DNA from: a virus
Lineage: Duplodnaviria > Caudoviricetes
Reading direction: 5' to 3' (one strand)
Length of the DNA stretch: 36,765 bases
Virus record (IMG/VR): IMGVR_UViG_3300022208_000015
Coordinates: 1-36,765 of that record
A model generated the notes under the pieces. That model was not told the origin of the DNA. It was given only the letters and a program-made list of their open reading frames with translations, and did not search any database. Shown here piece after piece: positions 7,517 to 16,318 of the stretch. Position 1 is the stretch's first letter. The number at the start of each line of letters is the position of its first letter. The position numbers and the translations under genes were made by a program.

Positions 7517-8706
7517 GCGGCCAGCACCTCCAGCGGCAGCCCACCAGGCACAAAGCCAGGATGCCGGACATGGTTGCGCGCCACCACTTCGGCCTCGCGG
7601 GTGGCGGCGCCATACAATTGGTGGGCGATGACCAGCGCGGGCAGGGTCACGACCGGGGTATGGGTAATCACATCCGGCAGCAGCGCCCCGCGATCCGCCA
7701 GATCGCGGGCCACGGCCACGCGCAAATCGGCCAGCGTGGCATAGGTGTCGTCATCGGCGGTTTCGGCGCGGGCGGTCAGCAGATCCAGCAGGCGGCCGCG
7801 CACCGCCTGGGCGTCGCCCCGGCTGGTAAACGATGTGGCCGCCGCCGCGCTGGCCATGTGGATGGCGGCGGCGGTGGATACCAGCGCGCCCAGCGCCGCC
7901 TGATTGTCCGCCTGCGTCTGGCGGGTGGCGGTGGGAGTGGAGACCGGCGTCAATCCCGCGCCGAAATCGGCCAGCGACTCGGTGAGGGTCAGCGCGTCGG
8001 TGGATCCTGCCGGGGCGGTGGCCGCCGTATCGGATACCACCCCCAGCAGCAAATCCGCCAGCCCCCCGGCATCCGCCAGCAGGTCGCTCATGCGGGTGCG
8101 GGCGTCGGCCAGAGTGGTGGCAAACACGTCCTTATCAGTGGCCTTGGACAGCACCCCCACCAGCGCCTCCATGCGGTCCAGCGCCTTGGTGATAACGGTA
8201 CGGGCCGCGTCGCGCAAAAACTCCGGCTGGCCGGTGGTGCTGAACCCGGCGGCGAATTCCGTCCGCACCGCCGTGAGTGCCCCGCTGGCTGCCGCATCCA
8301 CCAGCGCCGGGGTAAACGCCACGCCCGTGGGCATGGCCAGATCGCCCGCCAGTACGAAGGTCACGGAAAACCGCGCCATGCCCCCCTCGCGGGTGGTCTC
8401 GCTCATCCGCGCCTGGGTGACGGCCACGCGCAGGGTGCCCAACCAAGGGTGAATGAGGGTGCCGGGGCCGGGGGCCTCGATGGCGCCCATCAGGGCATCG
8501 CGCGCGCCCATGTAGTCCGCGCCGATCACCAGCAGGTCGAAGGTGAACTCGCGGGCCTTGCGACCCAGATCCTCAGTGTAGGGCGCGTCGCGCCCCGGAA
8601 ACTCGTGCAGAATAGTGCGGCGGCCGATGGTGGTATCCGCCCCACCCTCGACCCCAAACGGCACGCCCCGGAACGAGCCGGGCTGGAGCTGGTCGCGCCA
8701 GGTCAT
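7513..8706 (-). CDS. DNA circularization protein (Mu gpN)
   Basis: Motifs MTWRDQLQPGSFRGVPF, HEFPGRD, EDLGR, GPGTLIHPWLG and RN.VRHPGFVP. Confidence 0.95.
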   Translation of the reverse strand: MTWRDQLQPGSFRGVPFGVEGGADTTIGRRTILHEFPGRDAPYTEDLGRKAREFTFDLLVIGADYMGARDALMGAIEAPGPGTLIHPWLGTLRVAVTQARMSETTREGGMARFSVTFVLAGDLAMPTGVAFTPALVDAAASGALTAVRTEFAAGFSTTGQPEFLRDAARTVITKALDRMEALVGVLSKATDKDVFATTLADARTRMSDLLADAGGLADLLLGVVSDTAATAPAGSTDALTLTESLADFGAGLTPVSTPTATRQTQADNQAALGALVSTAAAIHMASAAAATSFTSRGDAQAVRGRLLDLLTARAETADDDTYATLADLRVAVARDLADRGALLPDVITHTPVVTLPALVIAHQLYGAATREAEVVARNHVRHPGFVPGGLPLEVLAA

Positions 8707-8720
8707 GCGGCGCCCCGTGG

Positions 8721-8729
8721 TGCTATGCT
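8721..8729 (+). promoter_or_regulatory. Candidate extended -10 promoter (TGnTATGCT) for the antisense moron
   Basis: TGCTATGCT lies in the short intergenic gap ~30 nt upstream of ATG 8761. Confidence 0.45.
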
Positions 8730-8760
8730 GGGGGGACCAACAACCGGATGGGAGGTTTCG

Positions 8761-9087
8761 ATGCGCGCTGTTGTTGCCTTTGTAGTCGCCACGTGTTTGT
8801 TACTGATTCCGGTCATATCGCTGGCGGACCGCCAATCCGCGCTGAATGCGGTGCGGACCGAAAAGGGGGTGAGTGGCGCCAGATGGCGCGCAAATAATTT
8901 GCGCGTTTTGGTGCGCGACGACGGCAGCAGCCGAAATGGTTTTGCCGAATATCTGTGCATGCTGGTGATCGACCACACCCCGGAGATGGTTCCACCCCCG
9001 GCCGGACAGTGGCTTTTGGTGACCATCCTGGATGCGGATGACCCAAACCAGACACACCAACTTGGCATGGCCGCTTGCTCGCCGTAA
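8761..9087 (+). CDS. Moron: exported/periplasmic hypothetical protein (108 aa)
   Basis: GGAGG SD, signal peptide MRAVVAFVVATCLLLIPVISLA and a VRDDGSSRNGFAEYLC core. It sits on the opposite strand between the tape measure and gpN genes. Confidence 0.8.
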   Translation: MRAVVAFVVATCLLLIPVISLADRQSALNAVRTEKGVSGARWRANNLRVLVRDDGSSRNGFAEYLCMLVIDHTPEMVPPPAGQWLLVTILDADDPNQTHQLGMAACSP

Positions 9088-9091
9088 CGCA

Positions 9092-10531
9092 TCACCATCC
9101 CCCCATGGCCAGACCGGTGTCCACAGTCAGATCCACCGGGCCGGTGGCGCGCACTTGTTTGACGCGGGGGCGGCCCTCACCATCCACCCGAATGTGGATG
9201 GTGCCACCCACCTGCTGGGTGCGACTGCCCGTTACGGTCCGCGCCGGAGGCGCCAGCGCGGTGGCTCCGGCGGCGCCCAGATGCAGGTTTCCGGCTACCC
9301 CCCTGGCCAGATCCACCACCCGTTTGATTTTGTCCCACAGCGCGGCGAAAAAATCGCTCAGCGGGGACCAATATCTGTAGATGAGGATGGCCGCCCCGGC
9401 GAGGGCGAGGGCCAACCAGCCAATGGGAGTGGTGAGAATAGCTGCCCCCAACTGCAAAAAAGCCAGGGTTAGCCCCCCCAGGGCGACAATCACCTTGGCG
9501 CCGATCAGCACCGTGATGCCCAGCATCAGGTTGCGCCAGCCGCCCACAGCGTGGGACAACCAGTTAATGCCGCGCCCGATCCCCACGATGATGGGCAGTA
9601 GGGCGCGGAACGCCGCCCACGCCTCGCGCAAACCTCCAACGATCTCCTGCCCCCACAAGTTTGCAATGCGTTGCAGATCGCCGTTGCTGGCCATGCGGTC
9701 AATGGTGGCCAGCAGCGTACTCAGCCGGATTTTGAGCCAATCGAACGCACCGGACTGCATGATCAACAGCCGGAATCGGGTCCATTGGTCGGCCAAGTTT
9801 GACATCAGCCCACCCCAGGTGCCGGACATTTTAAGCATGGCGCCACCGAATTTTTCGTTCCAGATGGCCGACAGGGTGGATTCGATCATGGCGCGGCTGT
9901 TGATGTCCGCCATCTTGCGCACCTGTTTCCCGGCCACCGTATATTCATAGGCCACGCGGTTACCGCTCACCCGCGCGCGGATGCCAAACTCTTTCAGTCG
10001 CTCGTTTTCACCTGTAATGGCGTCGGCGATGGCCTCCACCGCCTGCGTCAACGGTTTGCCCATGGCGGCGCTGGTATCACCCAGCGTGCGCAGCAGACCA
10101 TTGGTGGGATCCAGGCCATATGTGCGCAGCATCACAAACGCATTCATGACCTCGCCCAGCTCGTAGGGAGTTTTGGCTGCAAAATTGGATACCCAGTCCA
10201 GCGATTTTTTAGCCTTGTCGGCGCTACCCTCGGTGGTTTCTAGGATAACGCCAAACTTTTCAAATTCTGCGGCCACATCAATGAGATGTCTCTTGATGGC
10301 CCAGCCGACGGCGCCCGCCCCCAGACCGAGACCGGCCAGCCCACGGGATACGCTGGAGATGGATTGCTGCACTTGCCCAAGCTGGCTGCCCACCTGCCCC
10401 AGCGCGCCGGACACGCGGCCCCCCCCGGCGGCATTGCGGATGCCCGCAAGAGCCTGGCTGACGCGCCGCGCCGGACCGGTGACGCGGTCAACCAAATCGA
10501 TGATGACGCTGGTTTTAAGGTCACCCGCCAT
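9092..10531 (-). CDS. Tail tape measure protein (short, 479 aa)
   Basis: Tape-measure motifs (FAAKTPYEL, LGDTSAA, GENERLKEFGI, TWGGLMSNL.D) and hydrophobic segments; follows the chaperone genes. Confidence 0.93.
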   Translation of the reverse strand: MAGDLKTSVIIDLVDRVTGPARRVSQALAGIRNAAGGGRVSGALGQVGSQLGQVQQSISSVSRGLAGLGLGAGAVGWAIKRHLIDVAAEFEKFGVILETTEGSADKAKKSLDWVSNFAAKTPYELGEVMNAFVMLRTYGLDPTNGLLRTLGDTSAAMGKPLTQAVEAIADAITGENERLKEFGIRARVSGNRVAYEYTVAGKQVRKMADINSRAMIESTLSAIWNEKFGGAMLKMSGTWGGLMSNLADQWTRFRLLIMQSGAFDWLKIRLSTLLATIDRMASNGDLQRIANLWGQEIVGGLREAWAAFRALLPIIVGIGRGINWLSHAVGGWRNLMLGITVLIGAKVIVALGGLTLAFLQLGAAILTTPIGWLALALAGAAILIYRYWSPLSDFFAALWDKIKRVVDLARGVAGNLHLGAAGATALAPPARTVTGSRTQQVGGTIHIRVDGEGRPRVKQVRATGPVDLTVDTGLAMGGW

Positions 10532-10676
10532 GTACCGCCTCGATGCGCACCGCCTGTGCGTGCCACATGATCAGTTCCGCCATGGGCATGGCCCACAGCT
10601 CCGACGGCGGAAAATGAAACACCGCCGCCACGTCGCCCATCACATCCCGCCAATTGGCGGGGCACCCCCTAAAAAA
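10521..10676 (-). CDS. GpE'-like tail assembly chaperone extension reached by -1 frameshift
   Basis: The -1 frame after T TTT TTA reads ...MGDVAAVFHFPPSELWAMPMAELIMWHAQA..., similar to P2 GpE'. It is absent from the ORF track. Confidence 0.88.
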   Translation of the reverse strand, partial: FFRGCPANWRDVMGDVAAVFHFPPSELWAMPMAELIMWHAQAVRIEAVHGG

Positions 10677-10972
10677 GCGCCGACCAGCGCCCCCATGGCC
10701 ACCATGTCACGCCCGGCCATCCCCTCCAGCAGGGGGGGCGCCATTTTGTTGATGGCCGCCAGCAGGTGGCGGATTTTGGCCATTTCGCCTGGTACCCGAT
10801 CCATGGCCTCCATCTGCCGCGCCGTTGGCTCGCAAATGATGAGTGTGGTCACCTCCCCCGTGTCGCCGGAGATCGGTTTGGACAGGGTCAGGATGACCTG
10901 GGTGACCTCCCCGTCCGCAATCCGGCCCAGAACAGCGCCGACCTCCGCCTGTGTGATGGTGATGTGGCTCAT
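10640..10972 (-). CDS. Tail assembly chaperone (Mu gp41-like)
   Basis: Lies between the tube and tape measure genes. Contains L.KPI....EPTA and a slippery site near its 3' end. Confidence 0.85.
   Translation of the reverse strand: MSHITITQAEVGAVLGRIADGEVTQVILTLSKPISGDTGEVTTLIICEPTARQMEAMDRVPGEMAKIRHLLAAINKMAPPLLEGMAGRDMVAMGALVGAFLGGAPPIGGM
10646..10676 (-). promoter_or_regulatory. Programmed -1 frameshift signal: slippery TTTTTTA plus downstream hairpin
   Basis: TTTTTTA at 10676-10670. The palindrome CCCGCCAATTGGCGGG (10646-10661) lies 8 nt downstream. Confidence 0.85.
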
Positions 10973-10973
10973 T

Positions 10974-11330
10974 TTACACCGCCTCCGCGCGCGGGCCGAT
11001 GAACTTGTACCCGGCCTTGCCGGGGGTGCCGCCGGTGATTGTCGGCGGATCGGCGGACACGGCGCCGCTGATCACGTAGGTCTGGCCCGTGTCGAGGCGA
11101 AACACCACCGTGAGGGCGGTGGCGGCGTGAATGTCCTCGGGCCTGGTGGCGGCGGAGATGGCGATCTCGCACGCCACCGTGGCCTCTTTTTCGGCCTCGG
11201 CGTGCCCGTAGTAGCCATTACCGACCACCGCCTGCCGGGTGATGCCACCCAGATCAATGCTGGCGCCGTCCAGCGACTCCAGCAGCTCGCCGTTGACGGT
11301 CACGAAGGCTTTGCCGAATCGTTTGCTCAT
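10974..11330 (-). CDS. Tail tube protein (Mu gpM-like)
   Basis: Directly after the sheath gene; G.A.VTVNG..L.S..GA....GG..R pattern. Confidence 0.88.
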   Translation of the reverse strand: MSKRFGKAFVTVNGELLESLDGASIDLGGITRQAVVGNGYYGHAEAEKEATVACEIAISAATRPEDIHAATALTVVFRLDTGQTYVISGAVSADPPTITGGTPGKAGYKFIGPRAEAV

Positions 11331-11362
11331 GGCCTTATCACAGCTCCTTCACAGCCGATTAT

Positions 11363-12826
11363 TTACAGCAAAAACTGGATCTGCGCGGCCAGCACCTGCA
11401 GGCCGTTGACCAGATCCGGGGCCATCAGCACGTCCACCCGGTTGGGGTCACCAGCGTTGCGCTCCACGATCAAATTCGACTTGAACTGGTCCATGCCCTC
11501 GATGAGTCCGGCGGCCTCCAGCTCGTAGAACAGCGCCACGATTTCGGCGCGGATGCTGGCGGGCGTGGCAATGGCCTGCCCCGGCGACGCCGGGACGCCG
11601 TCGCTGGCCAGCTTATGGCGCGGGAAGCGCAGCCCCATGCGGGTACGAAACTGGTAACGCACCGCAAACAGGGTGTGGGGGGTGGTCACATCCAGGTAGC
11701 TGGTGTCCGGCGCGGCGGCCGCGTTGATCTGGTACATGGTGATGCTGCGCTCGATCTGCACCGTGCCCACCACCACTGTGGTGGTGCTGATGCCGTCGAA
11801 CAGCAGCGTGTTGCGCTCGTTCCAGGTGCGGCGGGCGGATTCGGCGGGGGCCATCAAACCGGTGAGGGTCAGGGTGCGCAAGGGCCGCGCCGGATCGGTG
11901 GCCAGGTTGAACGCCGCCACGCCGCCGTACACCGCCGCCCAGATTTCCGTCGTCTGGGGCGCATTGCCCGCGTCGATGCAGCTCACCAGGTGGCTGTTGC
12001 GCCCGCTGCCAAACGCGGACAGGGCGGACACGATGCCTTTTTTGGCCGTGTAGAGCACCCCGGAGTTGGCGCGCAGCGGGCCGAACCGGTCCAGCAGTTC
12101 GGCCTCCGCCGCCGTGAGGCTCGTCGCGTCGGTGTAGGGGCTGATGATGTAATGGTACTGCACCTCGCCCATGGCGGCGATGGCCGCCGTGAGTGTGGGG
12201 TTGGTGACACCGGACGCCATGGCCGCGACGACCACCGTCACGCCGGAGGGCAGTTGCTCGCCCTGCTGGTAGTTGACCCGCAGGTCAATGTCGTTGCCCA
12301 GTTCGCCCTTGTGGCGGGCGGTGACGGTGACCACCCCGAGTGTACTGGTGGCGGTGACCGGCAGGGATGTTTCGGCGGTGATGGCCGCCGCGATGGCGGT
12401 GGCGATGGTGGTGGCCGTGTCGGTGGTGGCCACGCCGATGGTCAGCCGCACCCCTCCCACGTATAGGGCGATGGTGCCCGCTTTGGGGGTGGTGGCCGTG
12501 ACGGTGAGGGTGCCGGTGGCGGCCACCCCGGCGCCGTTGTCGTCTAGGGCGATGGCCCACGACTCGGTGTAGCGGTTCGCCCCTTTGAGGGCGGCGAACA
12601 TGCGCGCCAGCATGGATCCGCGCCCAAAATACGCCTCCGCCTCGGCGGCGGAGTTGACCATGGTTGGCACACCGGCGGCCACGCTGCCAGTGGTGAGCCG
12701 CTGCCCCAGCACCAGGATGCGCTGCTGCTCGGGCGCCAGACCCCGCGCCGCCCGGCTGGCGTCGAACTCGGCATAGACACCCGGCACGCGGGTGCTGACG
12801 GGGATGCCGTTGAAACTGATTGCCAT
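11363..12826 (-). CDS. Tail sheath protein (Mu gpL)
   Basis: Motifs ISFN.IP...RVPG.Y.EFD.S.A, FGRGSML, DPARPL.TL.L, ERN.LL.DGIST and VERN..DPNRVD. Confidence 0.97.
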   Translation of the reverse strand: MAISFNGIPVSTRVPGVYAEFDASRAARGLAPEQQRILVLGQRLTTGSVAAGVPTMVNSAAEAEAYFGRGSMLARMFAALKGANRYTESWAIALDDNGAGVAATGTLTVTATTPKAGTIALYVGGVRLTIGVATTDTATTIATAIAAAITAETSLPVTATSTLGVVTVTARHKGELGNDIDLRVNYQQGEQLPSGVTVVVAAMASGVTNPTLTAAIAAMGEVQYHYIISPYTDATSLTAAEAELLDRFGPLRANSGVLYTAKKGIVSALSAFGSGRNSHLVSCIDAGNAPQTTEIWAAVYGGVAAFNLATDPARPLRTLTLTGLMAPAESARRTWNERNTLLFDGISTTTVVVGTVQIERSITMYQINAAAAPDTSYLDVTTPHTLFAVRYQFRTRMGLRFPRHKLASDGVPASPGQAIATPASIRAEIVALFYELEAAGLIEGMDQFKSNLIVERNAGDPNRVDVLMAPDLVNGLQVLAAQIQFLL

Positions 12827-12829
12827 GGG

Positions 12830-13012
12830 TTACTCCTTTGCCTTGGCGGCCTTGGGCGGTTTGCACACGACCACGTCGCCGTCGTTGATGCGGCGCTGCC
12901 AGTGCTGATCGAGCGGCTTTTCCTCCCCGTCCGCCGCCAGATGGGCCATGGTGATCGGGTCGCGCACCAAAAATTCGGGCGAGGTGGGCTTAACAAAAAC
13001 GGTATCGGCCAT
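12830..13012 (-). CDS. Mu gp38-like (DUF2635) protein
   Basis: VKP...LVRDP.T..L...GE......W.RR..DGDV pattern. Confidence 0.9.
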   Translation of the reverse strand: MADTVFVKPTSPEFLVRDPITMAHLAADGEEKPLDQHWQRRINDGDVVVCKPPKAAKAKE

Positions 13013-13021
13013 GGCGATCTC

Positions 13022-13567
13022 CTACGGCTGCGGCAGCGTGATGGTGTCGGCGGCGGTGGGCTCGTTCGGCCCCGCCGCCAGGCTGGCGGTGTTGGTGATG
13101 GTGATAAAAGCATCGAGCGTGGCGGGGTCGAGGGCGGGGTCCGGCGCCACCGAACACTCCACTACCAGCAGGTGGACAAACAGCCCGGCCTTGTCGAAAG
13201 CGTCGGACTGGACCGGGTCGCCGGACAGTACGCGCCAGGTGGTCAGGGAGGTACTGGTGTTGTGGATGATGGCCACCAGGGCGTCGGCCATCTCCAGCAT
13301 GCCGATGGTCACCCCGTCGCCATGCCGGGCCGCCTGATGGCCACGGGCGTTTTTGGCAACGGCCGCCACGATGAAACGCGGTGAGACGCTGACGCCAACC
13401 AACCTGAACGGGCCGCCGGACACGTACACCGCCGGAGCCTGCACGCCGAACTGTTTGACCAGTGTATCGTCTGCCATGTCCGGCAGGATCCCCACCGCGC
13501 GCAACTTGGGGGACAGGGTGGATGCCTGGATCAACGCGACCAGGTCGTTTTCAAGCTGTGGCAACAT
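13022..13567 (-). CDS. Mu gp37-like tail terminator/neck protein
   Basis: Synteny, plus APAVYV, ARHGDG..IG and a C-terminal A.DTITLP. Confidence 0.75.
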   Translation of the reverse strand: MLPQLENDLVALIQASTLSPKLRAVGILPDMADDTLVKQFGVQAPAVYVSGGPFRLVGVSVSPRFIVAAVAKNARGHQAARHGDGVTIGMLEMADALVAIIHNTSTSLTTWRVLSGDPVQSDAFDKAGLFVHLLVVECSVAPDPALDPATLDAFITITNTASLAAGPNEPTAADTITLPQP

Positions 13568-14067
13568 CAGGATGCCCCCAGGGCGCGTTCAATTTTGCTG
13601 GTGATGTAGTCCAGCATGTCGGTCCGGTCGGCGTCCGAAATACCCAAAAAAGGGCGAGAGGGAATGGTGACCTGGCGCGCAGTGCGCCAACTGCCGTTGG
13701 CCAGGCGAAAGCGCAGGGCGCTGGCCGATTTGGGGCGGATGACGCCGCCTGTCTGGTGGATGGCGCCGTACACCATGTTGGTGCCCCACTCGGCCCAGGT
13801 GCGGGCCGAATCACTGGTGATGGAATTGCCCAGGTGCCCCCGGTGGGTGAGGGTGCGCCCGCCGATGAGGCGTGCCCGCAGCGATGGCGTCCAGCGCGTG
13901 CCATCGGGGGCGGTTTGGGTGGTGAACCGTTCCCTCGTGCTGTTTTCGCCGATGGTTGCAAGACCGCGCATGATGGGTGTGGCGTCCGCCCCCAGATCAG
14001 CCACGCGCCGCAGGGCCGCCAGCACGGCGGCATCGTCCACGCGGTAGGTGATCCCCAGGGCAGTCAT
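13567..14067 (-). CDS. Virion morphogenesis protein (Mu gpG / tail completion S family)
   Basis: Motifs RF..Q.APDG..W.PS, G.L..SI, GTN.VYGAIHQ.GG and IPSRPFLGIS. Confidence 0.92.
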   Translation of the reverse strand: MTALGITYRVDDAAVLAALRRVADLGADATPIMRGLATIGENSTRERFTTQTAPDGTRWTPSLRARLIGGRTLTHRGHLGNSITSDSARTWAEWGTNMVYGAIHQTGGVIRPKSASALRFRLANGSWRTARQVTIPSRPFLGISDADRTDMLDYITSKIERALGAS

Positions 14068-14486
14068 ACGTACCCCGTGGACAGGTTGCGGGCGAACACG
14101 GATCCGGCGGACTGGGTTTCCGCTCCGTCGCTGGGGGTCGCCTGGGCGCCCGCACTGTCAACACCCATGGTGATTTTGCCGCTGGCCACGTCACGCAAAA
14201 ACCGCAGGCCATCGTCGTAGCGTTTGCGCACATCTTCCGGCGGGACATCGTACAGGTGGTACCGCGAAAGGTTGCAGGCCACGCGGGCGAGCACCTCGGG
14301 CACCACCGCCAGGGGCAGGCTGTAGCGGCCAGCCAGCGCGGCATTGATCTCGGCGGTGGCGTCGGATATGGCGCGGTCCAGCACCGTGGTGTTGATCACC
14401 CCGGTGGGTGGCACCGCCCGGTCGGTGAGCTGGATGATCTCCTGCACACCAAACCGGTCGGTCATATCTGCCTGTGTGCAGTACAC
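14064..14486 (-). CDS. Mu gp36-like head-tail connector (DUF1320)
   Basis: Motifs YCT..DM..RFG..E..QLTD, GRY.LPL..VP and RY.D...FL..VA.GK. Confidence 0.93.
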   Translation of the reverse strand: MYCTQADMTDRFGVQEIIQLTDRAVPPTGVINTTVLDRAISDATAEINAALAGRYSLPLAVVPEVLARVACNLSRYHLYDVPPEDVRKRYDDGLRFLRDVASGKITMGVDSAGAQATPSDGAETQSAGSVFARNLSTGYV

Positions 14487-14489
14487 GTA

Positions 14490-14849
14490 TTACCCCTTAC
14501 CACCCTTTTTGCCCTCGCCGCCCTTGCCGGAGGGACCATCACTGGCTTTCTGGATGTCCGCCAGCTCCGTCTCCAGCTCGACGATGCGCGCGCTGGCCGC
14601 CGCCAGATTCCGTTCCAGCTCGACGATGCGCGTGCTGGCCGCCGCCAGATTCCGTTCCAGCTCGACGATGCGATTGGTAGTCATCGGGGCGGCACCGTCA
14701 TGCACGATGAGCATGGGTTCGCTGCGCAGCGCAGCCAGCTGCGCTGCGGAAAACTCACCCTCATCCACGGTGACGGGGGTTTCCGGCCAGGGGCGCCCGG
14801 CGCGGTGAAAACCGGCCTTCTTGGACGTGATGGTGATGGTCTTGGCCAT
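14490..14849 (-). CDS. Mu gp35 / HI1506-like protein with coiled-coil repeats
   Basis: I.I.SK..GF.RAG..W....F...QL..L..EPML.V pattern; ATG at 14849 with an AAGGA SD. Confidence 0.85.
   Translation of the reverse strand: MAKTITITSKKAGFHRAGRPWPETPVTVDEGEFSAAQLAALRSEPMLIVHDGAAPMTTNRIVELERNLAAASTRIVELERNLAAASARIVELETELADIQKASDGPSGKGGEGKKGGKG
14572..14672. repeat. 42-bp tandem repeat (2.4 copies) encoding RIVELERNLAAAS[T/A]
   Basis: Seen directly. Confidence 0.9.
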
Positions 14850-14962
14850 GTCGTAAATCCTTTTTTGGTGCGGGGGGCCGGGAAATCCGGCCAGGCCCCC
14901 CTTGAATGTTGGCTCGGGTGACTGGCCCGCCGGACCGGGCCGCGCCGCCTCAAAGTGCGCGG

Positions 14963-15841
14963 TTAGGTCAGCCAGGGCACCTGGACCACCTCGACGGCCC
15001 CCTGGTTGATGTTGGTGGCCCCGGCGGCATTGCGCTCCGCCTTCACCACCTCCAGCGCGGCCGCGCGGTTGGTGGGGCCACACACCAGGATGTTGGGCCG
15101 GATGCCCAGGGGCCGCCCCTCGTCCGAGAGGAACGCCTGCATGGCCGCCACCCCCGCGTTGAAATTGGCGGCATCGAGCGCAGCCTTGCTGCCCAGGGCC
15201 TGCTGCCAGAAGCCGAAGCCAACGTTCACACGAGCATCCACCCCGAAGCGGAATTCATCACGCATGAACACCGCCTCATCCTCACCGGAGGTCATCGACT
15301 TGAACTCGTACGGCCGACGCCGCTGGAAAATGATCGGCTTGAGTGGGCGGCGGGTATCCATCAAAAACCACGGATTGCCCGCGCCCGCCTGCATGTTGGA
15401 CACCACGCCGGTACCAACCGGGTGGTCCGTGTCGAAAAAATACTGACCGTCGAAACAGGTGGTGGTGAACCCGGCGGCGAGCAAGCCGAACACCAGCTCG
15501 TTGGGGTGAGCGGCCGCCGCATACCCCATGTCGTCGAACATGGTATTGAACACCCCGAACTGATCGTCCTCGATTGTCGCCTTGGGCACGGCGATGGTGC
15601 TCTCGAACGGGTCGTTTTTGATCGTGTAGGAGTGGGCTTCCATGTTGCGCACCACCCGGTCGCCCACCCATTTGCGGATCTGGGGGAACTGTCCCAGCCA
15701 TGCATACTGGTTTTCGGACGTGGATGACGGCACCAGGGTAGCCACAGTCTCCCATTCGTTGGTGACGCGCTGGAACCCCCCCTTGAAAGCGGCGTTGAAG
15801 CCGATGAACAGGGCTGCCAATGTGGCTTTGTTGATAATCAT
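14963..15841 (-). CDS. Major capsid protein (Mu gpT family)
   Basis: Motifs Y.WLGQFP..R.WVGDR, IEDDQ.G, CFDGQYFFDTDHPV, KPIIFQ.R and R.NVGFGFWQ. Confidence 0.97.
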   Translation of the reverse strand: MIINKATLAALFIGFNAAFKGGFQRVTNEWETVATLVPSSTSENQYAWLGQFPQIRKWVGDRVVRNMEAHSYTIKNDPFESTIAVPKATIEDDQFGVFNTMFDDMGYAAAAHPNELVFGLLAAGFTTTCFDGQYFFDTDHPVGTGVVSNMQAGAGNPWFLMDTRRPLKPIIFQRRRPYEFKSMTSGEDEAVFMRDEFRFGVDARVNVGFGFWQQALGSKAALDAANFNAGVAAMQAFLSDEGRPLGIRPNILVCGPTNRAAALEVVKAERNAAGATNINQGAVEVVQVPWLT

Positions 15842-15880
15842 GTCGAGCGCTCCGTGTGTGTGATCCGGGGGCTCCCGGCG

Positions 15881-16282
15881 TTAGTCGATCCGGACCCAGA
15901 CACCGTCGGTGCCCACGTCCACAATGGTGCCCAGGGCCGAGCGGGTGCTGGTCCCGTTGTTGTCGGCCACCGTCTGGTCGTCGACGATATAGGCGATGCC
16001 GCCAATGTCGACGCGGGCGATGGTGCCGTCGTTGTTCAGCTTGTATGTGCCCTTGCGGGTGCTCACACTTTTGGCCCCGGCGATGCCCGTGGAGTTGTCC
16101 ACGGTGTCCTGGGCGATGCCGCGCGCGATCAGGGTGGTGGCAACGACACCCGGTTTGGCGTCGCGAGACGCATCCAGCACCACGATGGAGCCCGCGTAAA
16201 TCTTGACGGCGGCGGCCATGGGATCAGAAAATGTCTTGCCGTCGCGGTTGACGGTGTTGCGATCGGCTGCGAGTGCAGTCAT
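15881..16282 (-). CDS. Capsid decoration/cement-like protein (DUF2190-like)
   Basis: MTAL.ADRNT...IYAG...Y.VDDQTV...GVWV pattern; lies between the protease and capsid genes. Confidence 0.8.
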   Translation of the reverse strand: MTALAADRNTVNRDGKTFSDPMAAAVKIYAGSIVVLDASRDAKPGVVATTLIARGIAQDTVDNSTGIAGAKSVSTRKGTYKLNNDGTIARVDIGGIAYIVDDQTVADNNGTSTRSALGTIVDVGTDGVWVRID

Positions 16283-16318
16283 GGCAGAATCTCCTTTGAG
16301 GGCCAGTGGCCCCGGTTG

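Noticed and set aside
8703-9098. 131-aa minus-strand ORF between the tape measure and gpN genes
   Set aside because: The plus-strand ORF 8761-9087 has an SD, a promoter and a signal peptide; the minus ORF is most likely its shadow.
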